Source: Torpedo marmorata | Taxonomy: Eukaryota | Direction of reading: 5' to 3' | Assembly (NCBI GenBank): GCA_977017645.1 | Contig: OZ360253.1 | Coordinates: 34,534,001 to 34,598,000, forward strand | DNA length: 64,000 nt | Shown here: positions 36,168 through 48,100 of the stretch, one piece after another | How the letters are laid out: the number at the start of each line of letters is the position of its first letter | Position numbering within the stretch: the first letter of the stretch is position 1 | Program-made: the position numbers and the translations under genes | Notes under the pieces: model-generated | Databases searched by the model: none | What the model was told of the DNA's origin: nothing | Seen by the model: only the letters and a program-made list of their open reading frames with translations

Positions 36168-39100
36168 CTGCAAGTTTAAAGAGAAGTAGTATTTAGTTTA
36201 AATTCAACCAGATACACATCTATCCTCTCTTAAAAAGCACAGCCACAATATCACCTTAGGGAGGCCTCCAGGCAAGCGAGTCTGGAACCAAGACTCAGTC
36301 ATGTCCTGTCATATTTTCTCATTATGGTGAAGGAGGCTGTTCAGCCCATCAAGGCTGTTCCAGCTTTCATTCCCTGAAACCTATTCCCTTTCACATGCTC
36401 ATTCACACCCTCTCGATTTTCTCAGCCACCTGCACTGGAGGTAGGCACTGCGGCCAGATAACCTACCAGCCAGCACGTCTTTGGGAAGTGGGAGGAAACT
36501 GGACCCTCGCCCCCACCTGGGAGAAACCTACGCGGTCACAGGAAAAACGTGCAAACTCCACAAAGACAGCACCCGAGGTCAGAATTGAACAGGGGTTGCT
36601 GGAGCTGAGAGCTACTTACAGTGCTGCTTACTGCAACAGTTGCTCAACAGTTGGCGTTTTGCGAGCAGACCAGGTGGTCTACAATCCAAGGGCACAGAGG
36701 TCGGGTTACTGGTCGGTTTGCCCTTGTTTGTGGCTCCAGAAACTTAACAACCAATGGACCCAGACTGAAGCCCCCGGAAACGTGGCCTTGAAAACAAGCA
36801 CTCGCACCGGAGACATAACCAGGCAGCAACTTGTGGACCAGCTCCTTTCAAACGCAACAAAGATATCTGGATATTCCCACAGTCATTGCTTGACCCATAG
36901 CCTCAAGGACGACAAGGGCAGCAGGTACCCCGGTGTCCTCCAAGGCTCCCGGAACTCCCGCCCTGACAGAACAGTGGGGGCACCTTCACCGGACAGTCTG
37001 CAGTGGTTCAATAAGGTGGCTCACCCCCAATTCAGGCTGGGCAATGAATTCTGGTCTGACCACAGTCTAGAGTCCTTCCGTGACCAGGTATTGAGGGGCT
37101 GTGTCTGAGGGGAAGCCCCTCAAACAACATAGTGGGGAGTAACGACAAGGTGCCACAGTGGTGGCAATGCTACCAAATAGAAATGAATGTAACAATGTAC
37201 AGTGATGGAAATGTCTGGATACAAATTTAAATTTGGACAATCAGCACGGTAACAGGCCCTTTCGGCCCATAAGCCCGTACCGCCCAATTACACCCCATTA
37301 ACCTACAACCCCCGGTACGTTTTGAACGGTGGGAGGAAACCAGAGCCCCCGGGGAAAACCCACGCAGACACGGGGAGAAGGTACAAACTCCTTACAGACA
37401 GCGCGGGATTTGAACCCCGGTCGCTGGCGCTGTAACCGCTACGCCAACCGTGCCGCCCATATGAAACTAAGGGTGGGAAGAGACTTTGAACGGTGTTCCT
37501 TTTGTAAATAATTTATTGTGAATAAAGTCTTTTATTGATTTTTTAAAAAAGCTGTGACTGTGTTGGCCGGAGGTTTTAGCGCACATACCCCTCTGTTCCT
37601 GGTGAAGCTCGCCATCGTACTGCGCGGCGCTGAGAGCTCGCCTCTGCTCCAGACTCAGCTTCTCATACTGTCCCGTGGTCACAGCAGAGGCCTGGACGCT
37701 GGTGAAGTAGGAAAGCTGATCGGCGCTGAACACCACCTGCCAGAGGGGATAAGAGAGCGATCCTCACCCACTGTACCCATCGGGAACACTCTCCTTCCTC
37801 CACCGGCTTCACCATCAGACAGCGGATCTGCTGCTTGAGTTCAAGTTTATTGTCATGTGTACTGAGATGCAGTGAGAAAGTCCATTTTGTAAGCAGTCCA
37901 GCTAGTTAACCTATACATAGTACAGCAGGTAAAAAGCAGAGTGCAGGGTTACGGAGAGTGATCAGTTGGTACAGAGCAAATCCAGCGTAATTTTACTTCT
38001 GTGAGGTTCATTCAGGATGCGGATAACAGCGAGAAAGAAACTGTCCTTGAATCTGGTGGTGCGTGATCTTCACGCCTGACAGGAGTGGGGCGGAGAATGT
38101 GGGGCAAGTGTTTTAGCGTGTTGGCTGCTTTTCAGAGTGCAGCAGGAAATGCCGACGCAGGGGAGGAGGTGTGTAATGGACTGAGTTGAGAGCAGAATGA
38201 GGCCAGAATCTCACCACTCAGCAGGCCGTTCAGCCCCTCATCCCTGCTCTCTCAATACATTCCATGCTGTGCATTTGCCCTGCACACTTTCCCCTAGTCG
38301 AAACGTACCAGGAGTTGCAGGTCAATTGGGTGTAATTGGGCATCACGGGCTCGTGGGCCGGAAGGGCCTGTTACCGTGCTGTATGCATGTATGTCTAAAT
38401 TTAAACTTAATTTAAATTTTTTAAAAAATTAAATCTTCATCCACCTGCACCCTTTAAATTATTCTGAAATATTTATACACGTTTATATTTTTAAGTATAT
38501 GTGATTATTATGTGGTGTACGTACACGCGCACCATGGTCTGGAGAAACGCTGTTTTGTCCGGTTGTACATGTACAGTCAGATGATAATAAACTTGAACCT
38601 CCATGCCAGGCAACACTTTCAGACAAAAGCAACTTGCTACACAAAATCATCTCCCCTCTGCCTCAGCTGAAAATTACTAGAGTATCCCTAGGGTCACAAT
38701 TCTTCCTTATCTACCCAATCAACCCCCTTCCAGTTTTAGTGGCTCTGTCAGATCTCCCCTTATCCACCTCTACTCCGAGAGAACATCCACAAGGGATCCA
38801 GTGTGAACCAAGGGAAGTGGTGGGTCAGCCAGTGTCCATGGGTAGACGTGGTCAGTCAACGTTACGTTTGGGAAATTTTCTCGAGACTTTTCTATTCTCT
38901 TGATAACTGACCGCTCTGTTCCTCTCCACGCTAACAAACATCTTGGTGATATTTCCCTATATTGGGGCCGAGAATTAGACACAAGGTTCCAACTGGGCCC
39001 AACCAGGACTCTCCCACATCGATACCGGGGCTTTCCATTTCAAGTACCGAACACATGATTCACCATCCCGGCTTTCCCAACCTTCAGTGGCAGAAGAGCT

Positions 39101-42100
39101 GGGTTATCCCATTGTGCATGTCTGTGGCCTCAGGATCCAGGTCAGACCTCAAAGGCCACATTACAGACATCACGGAGATTGTCGAGCGGAGATGGCAAAA
39201 CATTCAGGAGCAGGCGGCTTCCCAGGCCCGAAGACTGGTTCTCAAACCCAGCCAGAAGTGGAGGGGAGGTGGTGTCGAGGGCAGCAGCCAAAGGTGTCAA
39301 TTGCAGACGGGACAGGGTAGAATGAGGTGCCGTGAGTGGTCTTCAGGTCGGTCGTGCACTCGTCTCTGCCTTAGCATATTGTGAGTTCAAGACCCACACC
39401 AGAGATATCGGTCTGACCCCAGCAGGCACAGGACCAAGGAGTGCTGCCCTTTCCCCACACACATTCAACCTGCTCTCTCAGTTACAGCAGATACCAGGCT
39501 CTGCTTCAAGGAGGAGGAGAGTTCTCCCACAACACCGACATCACTAATGAAGGTCAATTCATTCAATGTACCGATACAGTGAAAAGCTCTGTTTTGTGTG
39601 CTATCCAAACATGCACAAGTACGCTCTGGTCATGCTGTTAGTGGGGTCTTCTTGTGCCTAAGTGCATTTCACACACTTCAACAGTGACGATGTCATGACA
39701 TGCAAACCTGTCTTACTTTCCTAACCAAAGTTATTTCTAACAAAAACTTCAATTTACGGGTCGAATACTCACCGCAAATTTGCCAGGTAGGAGGAGGGAG
39801 ATGGCGGAGGGCGTGAGCCCTTCAATCTGCTCCTCGACCAGCGCAGAGAGGACCATGTCGGCCAAGCCAGCTGCCAAGGGAAGAGAAGTGGTCAGCTGAA
39901 TCTGCCCCACCATGCACCGTCATCCACAGCACAGCCAAGAGCTGTCATGCCCAGTGGCCCAGTCAGCCTCCCATCCATTCCACTACTGCTTGTGGGATCT
40001 CACCGTGTATCATCTGACCACCCCAGAACAAGGAGGACTTCAGGGGCTGTGGTGAACACGGTAACTTCGGAAGGCTCTGCAGAAATGTTCAGTCTGCGTG
40101 CCCCCTTCAGCCTTTAAAGAGATATCGTGTTGGGCGACGAGCTGAGACTCGGCCAGTGCTCCAGTCACTGAGCTCGCCCCAGTGTGGGTCCGTCTGGGGA
40201 TTCCATCGTGTGGGGGTTATTTATACACACTAGGCCTTTTCACACCGCGGAGTGCATGTGGGTTAACCGGGCGATTTACCCAGTAACTTACCTGGTAATC
40301 GTGCAGTTTGAAAAGTCCAAACCGTGCATGACAGGTCAAAATCGACCAGGCTCCGAGACCTAGTCAGGGGGTACTCTCGGAGCCCGGCCGAGTTAACCCG
40401 CCAATCGTCTTCTGGCGGTCTGAAAACACAAATGGCTTACCTGGTAAGATTACTGACGTCAGCACCTGCGTGCATGCGTCACATAAAACCCATAACAATA
40501 GAAATAAGAGATACAACAATATAAATGTTACTTTAACGATGCCAAAGGGAACACAGCCACAATATTAATATTTTAAAATTGTAAAACTTGTAGCTTACCG
40601 AAAACAAAAAACAACGGGCCCGCTCAGGGCGGCGGCGGCGGCTCAATGCGGGATAATGGACGTCTTCGTTACTCATAATCCCCCACGCAGCTGGAACCGC
40701 TCTGTTTCCCTGGCGCTGGCAAAGTGGCAGAGCGGTTCCAGCTGCGTGGGGGATTATGGGTAATGAAGACGGCCATTGATCCAGCATTGATGCCACCGCT
40801 GCAGTTCTCCCAGTCCCGGCCACCTCCAGCCGCAAGCACTGCATGGGCCCTCCAAATGACCGTGGCCCCTCCCCTCCGTGCTTCCCATTGGCAGGTCCGG
40901 CGCTGAGCAAAAGGATTTTTTTTTAAATAGAAGAAAATAGGATAGTACGAAACACTTCCTGTGAGTGCGTAACGCGTCACTCGCGATGTCATCGCTGGAG
41001 GCGGGACTCCCCTTAAAATGCCCGGTTGCTGCTTTACCAGGTAAGTAAGGCTGCAGTATGAAAGACCCCGGAGGTCCAGGCTTCCTGGGAACTTTCCCCG
41101 GACCTAAGAGGGCCGACCTACGTCGGTGGTGTGAAAAGGCCTACTAGGTCCTTTCACACCGCCGAGTACATGTGGGTTAACCGGGCAATTTACCCGGTAA
41201 CATACCCGGTAATCGTGCGGTGTGAAACGTCCCAACCAGGCAGGGCAGGTCAAGTTCAACCGGCCTCAGAGACATGGGGGGGGGTACTCTCGGAGCCCGG
41301 CCAAGTTAACCCGCCAATTGCCTTCTGGCGGTGTGAAAGGACAAAAGTCTTACCAGGTAAGATTAGCGGAGGCGGGACCCCCCTTAAAATGCTGGGTTGC
41401 CGATTTACCAGGTAAGTAAGGCTGCAGTGTGAAAGGCCCCGGAGGTGCAGCCTTCCCGGTAACTTTACCCAGTTCCTAGGAGGGTTGGCAGGAATTGGCG
41501 GTGTGAAAGGGCCTATTGACGACTAGCACAACTGTACAGCTGTGGTCCACTGACTCCACTGTAAAACTGACATCCATTGGCTGATATCTCTGCAGTTTGG
41601 ATGGAGTGAGTAATCGATCAATTATTAGCTCAATAATACCCTGTGTCTCTCCCAACTACATAGCTAGACTTGCCCCATCCCTCTGTCAGTGGCGTAGCTT
41701 GGGGGAGCTCCCCCTGAGCAAATTTTTCAAATGTGGCGCCTTCACCCCGGCAGCGCCCACAGCCCTCCTGCACCGCATATTCGCTCCTTCCAATCCGCGC
41801 CCGGCTCCTTCGCTCGCCTCCCTCTGTGGCGGCCCCACCCCGAGCCGTGACGGTACCTGAAGGCAGCATCGCAATAGCGCACGCTGCCTGTACAACGTGG
41901 CGATTCCAGCCCCCTCGGGTCGCGGACGCGCCCTCTCACCAATCGGAAGCGCTTTGACAAAACGCACATGGCTGCGTGAGGAAGCAAGCCGAGTGTTGAG
42001 TGGCTCAGGCTGGGATCAGAGGCAGCTGGAGCGGCGGGCAGCGAGTGGAGGCACGCAGCAGCCACTGGGTTTGAACTGCCTGCAACTTTCATGGGCTACA

Positions 42101-45100
42101 TATCGGAGAGCGCGGATTAAGAGGCAATACAATCTATCCATAGGTATGAGAACCAAAATTTGCCCAAACCATTGTTAATAAATCCCTATCATTTTAATTC
42201 AAACATTAAAATAACTTTAATCAAAAAGGGGTTGTTTTTAAACTGGTGACGTAGGTGAAATAATGAACGGAGTGCATTTTCATTATGATTTAAAATGTAA
42301 AAGATGTGTGATTTTATTAAATAATAGCTAATTTTAAATGCAGTCATCGCTTCAATAGTTGAAATTATTGGCGACTCATTCCATTCGAATGGAATCGAAT
42401 GAAGCCTGCCTGTGTGCAGGGAGTGGCTGTATGCTTCGCTCTCTCCCCTTCCCTCTCCGTCCAGACGCTCTGTCGTCCCACTTGGGGCGGTGGCGCTGGT
42501 GAATACGGGGAGGGAGCTGGGAGGTGGAAAATGCTAATAAGGCAGATGGTCTCTGAGCTCGCTGGAGGGGCAGGGAGAAAGAGAGCGGGAGGGAGAAAGA
42601 GAGAGGGAGGGAGAAAGAGAGAGAGAGAGAAAGTTGAAAGGAGCGGGGGAAGGGGGGTCGAGGCGGTACCAGTCTGCGCTGCAAACCTCGTCTTGTCTGC
42701 ACAAGCACCATTTTTCAGCACCACCAAGCGAAAGACGGGAGAGATCAGAAAGTCTCTCCCCACGCCACGACCGATCTGAAGGACAAACACACACACACAA
42801 AGACACACGCACAGCGCAGCGCTTCCTCTACCGCTTTGTGGTCGGCAGAAGCAAAAGTTGCCTGGCTGTGGCTGCCAATTTAAGAGTGTGAGTGTGTGTG
42901 TGCGCGCTAGTTGCAAAACGTGTGCGCGCGCACACGTGCACAGTTGTGGTCATGGTGCCTTTTTTAATGTGCTCTCGCTCCCCCTAACGTTAAAACCTGG
43001 CTACGCCCTTGCCCTCTGTACCATCTCGTCAGTCACAGGTTAGGCAGAGTGAAGCTCTCTGCACCGTCCCATCACACACTCCCATACCTCTATGATATAA
43101 TGTGTGAAGTATTCCCTAATCATCTGTATGTCCTCAGCATACACATCAATTAATTGTAAGCAGAGAGGTGGAGATGCCTCGTACTGGCCAGTAGCCCCAT
43201 GATTCCTCTCCCAGTCATTATACCTGCAATGGAACCAATCTCAGTGAAGATTTCGGCCCCCCATTTGCTGACTGGACCAAAGGCCTCAGAATGGGTGGTC
43301 AGCCTGACCAGAGCTTCGAGCTGGTCTTCAGAGCATCTCAGCTTCAACTCACCAATGAACAACACAGCTTTACTGGAAAGGAGAAAAAAACAACAACGTG
43401 TTACAAGTCCAATGGGACTAAGTCAGCTGCAAATCAGATACACTCAGTGAACGGAGACTTCCTGATAACTGGTTCAGATTTTGTCCAAACTGCAGATCAC
43501 ACACTCACAGGGCAGAGGTTACATACAAGGTGGAATGCTCGCGATACCACACACTCCTCAGGCAGGGAGAGCAGTGGTTAAAGAATAACCCTCCTGATAT
43601 ATTGCCCCATCACACACTCCCAGGGCAAGACCCATAGTTTGTCCGAGTTGAGGGGGTTTGCCCAGAGATGAGGGGGTTGGCCTATGAGGAGAGATTGAGT
43701 CGTCTGGGACTGTACTCGCTGGAATTTAGAAGAATGAGAGGGGATCTTATAGAAACATTTAAAATTATGAAAGGTATAAATAAGATGGAGGTAGGTAAGT
43801 TGTTTACATTGGTTGGGGAGACCAGAACTAGGGGACATAGCCTCAAGATTTAGGGTAGTAGATTTAGGACGGAGATGAGGAGGAACTGCTTTTCCCAGAG
43901 GGTGATGAATCTGTGGAATTCGCTGCCCATTGAAGCAATGGAGGCGACCTCAGTAAATATATTTAAGACAAGGTTGGATAGATTTTTACATAGCAGGGGA
44001 ATTAAGGGATACAGGGAAAAGGCAGGTAGGTGGAGATGAGCCTCTCATCAGATCAGCCATGATCTCATTGAATGGCGGAGCAGGCTCGACGGGCCGAATG
44101 GCCGACTCCTGCTCCTATTTCTTATGTTCTTGTGGACTCATCACAAACATTCTGCACCATTGCTTTCTCACAGCACGGAGAAAGCACCTTCAGTGGACAA
44201 GGTCCATGCTCCCATCAACCACCCATCCTATTACCCCATTTGTTTGATATTCTTCCCACCATTTCATCATCTCCCCACTCATCTACGCATTGGGGTCAAT
44301 TTACAGCAGACAACTCACCCACCAAGCCACGCGCCTGGGACGTGGGAGGAAACCGAAGCACCTAGAAGTGACAGGGAGAACCCGGGGTCAGGATCGAACC
44401 CAGGTCTCTGACACGGTGACGCGGCGACTCTACCCACTGCACCACCCCAACATTAGTCATTGTGGGAACGGGGTGTATGGACACCGGGCGCTCAGTTAAC
44501 GCAGGGAAGTGACAACTCGTGAATCTTTCAGGACAGGCACTCTGAAGAGCTGCCCAGTTTCACTCGGGAAAAATGAATGATCCATCAGCTCAATCCTCAG
44601 TGGACAGAGGTCACTGGAACAATGCTTCTCGGGAATTCCACCCCGGCACTGACAGGATCTCAGTGGAGATCCCAAGATGGACAGGGATGGAGAACACAGA
44701 TAAAAGACGAGACGTAACCATAAGGGGTGAGACTGCACCAGAGCAATGTCCTCCGCCACAGGGAGTATGTTACTGAGCTCTCTTTGGTAACAGACCTGAG
44801 TTCCTCTGGACGGATCCTTTCAATCTCCGAGACTGACATTCCACAGATGAAGTGCCCCAAGGCTACCAGTGTGGTAGCGTCGAGTTCTGTTACTTGGCGT
44901 CTGGCCTGCCGCAGGAAGCGGCCCAACACTGCCTTTCTCTACAAGACACGTGACAAAACAATTGGCAGAACAGTTACTTTGCCCTGTGAGCGAGGTTTCA
45001 GTTCAATTTAGCATCACCACAAATCTGCTTGCTCCAATAAGCTCCCCTTCGCCTGAATCGGGCCCCGTTTCTTCAAGGCAGCAGTGCTCTCAACAGTCTT

Positions 45101-48100
45101 GTCTCTCACTCAGATATCGCGAGTTCAAGTCCCACTCCAGAGACTGAATGCAAAATCCCTCCTTCCACCCCAGGGAAGTTTATTACCTCCTTTAAAATCA
45201 GAGAGAATAAAGTTCATGCTCATTTAGGAGCAGCAATGCATTTTCACACAAAGATCAGAACTGTCACCATGAATGACCTGCATATTTTGTAAATCCAGGT
45301 CCATGGGATGGGTGGGAGGGTTACGGGAGGCGGAGGGTGGGGTTACGGGAGGCGGAGGGTGGGGTTACGGGAGGCGGAGGGGGGTTACGGGAGGCGGAGG
45401 GTGGGGTTACGGGAGGAGGAGGGGGGGTTACGGGAGGCGGAGGGGGGTTACGGGAGGCGGAAGGGGGGTTACGGGAGGCGGAGGGGGGGTTACGGGAGGC
45501 GGGGGCGGGGGTTACGGGAGGCGGGGGCGGGGGTTACGGGAGGCGGGGGCGGGGGTTACGGGAGGCGGGGGCGGGGGTTACGGGAGGCGGGGGTGGGGGT
45601 GGGGGTTACGGGAGGAGGAGTGGGGTTACGGGAGGAGGGGGGGTTACGGGAGGAGGAGGGGGGGTTACGGGAGGAGGGGGGGTTACGGGAGGAGGAGGGT
45701 GGGTTACGGGAGGAGGAGGGGGGGTTACGGGAGGAGGAGGGGGGGTTACGGGAGGAGGAGGGGGGGTTACGGGAGGAGGAGGGGGGGTTACGGGAGGAGG
45801 AGGGGGGTTACGGGAGAAGGAGGGGGGTTACGGGAGGAGGAGGGGGGTTACGGGAGGAGGAGGGGGGTTACGGGAGGAGGGGGGTTACGGGAGGAGGAGG
45901 GGGGGTTACGGGAAGAGGGGGGGTTACGGGAGGAGGGGGGGTTACGGGAGGAGGGGGGGTTACGGGAGGAGGGGGGGTTACGGGAGGAGGGGGGTTACGG
46001 GAGGAGGGGGGGTTACGGGAGGAGGGGGGGTTACGGGAGGAGGGGGGTTACGGGAGGAGGGGGGTTACGGGAGGAGGGGGGTTACGGGAGGAGGGGGGGT
46101 TATGGGAGGAGGGGGGGTTACGGGAGGAGGGGGGGGTTACGGGAGGAGGGGGGGTTACGGGAGGAGGGGGGGTTACGGGAGGAGGGGGGGTTACGGGAGG
46201 AGGAGGGTGGGGTTACGGGAGGAGGAGGGGGGTTATGGGAGGAGGAGGGTGGGGTTACGGGAGGAGGAGGGGGGGTTACGGGAGGAGGAGGGGGGTTACG
46301 GGAGGAGGAGGGGGGGTTACGGGAGGAGGAGGTAGAAAGATATTGGATTCAGTCAGATCTGGTGGGGGTTTTGTCAGTGAGAACCATATCAGATAATGGG
46401 ATGTGAAAATGATTCAAAAGAACATGGTGTGCCATCTTCCAGAACCTTCCGATTGCTGTCCCCCATGGTGGGGAGTTGACCCAGTAACGCAGAAGAAGCT
46501 TTTCACTGCATCTTGTAACTGTTGGGGTTCAATAGGAACAGACCGGCCGACAATGCCCGTCAATCAAACAGCTTCCAACGTCTCCAGCAGTCCGGAAGGG
46601 AAGGTTTCAGTGGCATACCCATGGGGAAGGTGGACGAGCATTACCTGTTTCATGCTCCATTCCTCCATCTCCCCCAGGAAGGACAGAATGCCCAGGTCCA
46701 GCAGATCGAGGGACTGGAGATCCCGCTCGCTGAGCTGTGAGGCCGCTCTGCCCAACTGCAGCACCTGCCAGCGCGTCATTGACATCACGGGGCCATACAG
46801 CTGGTAACAGACACGATCACGATCATTCAAAGGTTCACCACCTGCCTTTGCCCTCCCCCTCCTGCCCTCAAGACCCTTAAGAATTGCTTTACAATTAGAT
46901 CACAGCCGATCTATGCTCCAACTCCATCTACCAGACATGATAGACTGGTCACCCAGGGTTAAGTGATTTTGGACCAACCCTGACCCTAACCAATCCAGTA
47001 AAGTGGACAATTCACACCATGGCAGTTGTGGAATTTCAATTTCTTTTACTGATCCAAAATTAAGAAACAGCTAATCGCATTGATAACTATCAATCTATCA
47101 GATTGTTATAAAGACCTGTGGTTCAGGGGAGGGAGTCTGCTATCCTGGTGTCGTCTGGCCAGTGAGGAACTCCAAACATATCAGGGAATGTTCTCTGAAG
47201 AGGGCCAGCAAGCCCTCTCTGCAGGGGTCATTAGGGATGGGCAACACAAACTGGTCTCACCAACAACGTCATGATTGTAGTTTGGGATCAAGGAGGGAAA
47301 GGTCAGAAGGCATGTGTTGGACCTGGTTCGAGGAATATGAAGCGGGGAAAATCCAGAGGAATATTGGAACTCACGCGTTGGAGTTTCCCATCCTTTACAT
47401 CTTAAAGAATGGAAAGAAATTGCAGCACTAACTGTGGTGGAGAACGTGGTGGTGCGGTTAGCGCAACACTGTTACAGCGCCAGAGGCCCAGGTTCAAATC
47501 CGGCACTGTGTGTAAGGAGTTTGTACGTTCTCCCCATGTCTGCGTGGGTTTTCTCCGGGTGCTCCGGTTTCCTCCCACCGTTCAAAATGTACGGGGTTTG
47601 TAGGTTAATTGGATGGCACGGGCTCGTGGGCCGAAAGGGCCTTGTTACCGTGCTGTATGTCTAAATTAAATTTTAAAAATAAAGTGGAACTGTGGATCAC
47701 ACCAGCTGACCGGTGTCATTGCAGAGACGAAAGCAGATACGTGCCGATGTGTGGACCAGCCTGGACCTCAGAATGTAATGAAAACAATCCCTTGAGAAAC
47801 GCTGGACCGTTAAGCCAGACTTGTGGTCCTCTCCGTCCCACGTGTGAGTGGAATTACAGTTGGCCTTCACATGGGATGTGATGGTTCAGAGACACTTGCT
47901 GAGAAAGACTTTTAAATGTTTTTTAAATTTCAATTTTAAATTTAGACATACAGCACGGTAACAGGCCATTTCGGCCCACGAGCCCATGCCTCCCAATTTA
48001 CACCCAATTAACCTACAAACCCCGGTATGTTTCAAACAGTGGGAGGAAACTGGAGCCCCCGGGGAAAACCCACGCAGACACGGGGAGAACGTACAAACTC

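Noticed and set aside
36395-37108. 237-aa ORF in the last STRC intron
   Set aside because: It begins in a reversed SINE remnant and crosses decayed repeat sequence, with no recognisable domain.
28660-37589. STRC-GPCR fusion protein (adhesion-GPCR-like chimera)
   Set aside because: An in-frame TAG at 28723-28725 lies between the acceptor and the GPCR ATG, and STRC has its own terminal exon and polyA signal.
45273-46406. Gly/Arg-rich ORFs resembling RGG or glycine-rich proteins
   Set aside because: All three + frames are open because of G-rich low complexity, and the region is intronic to STRC.
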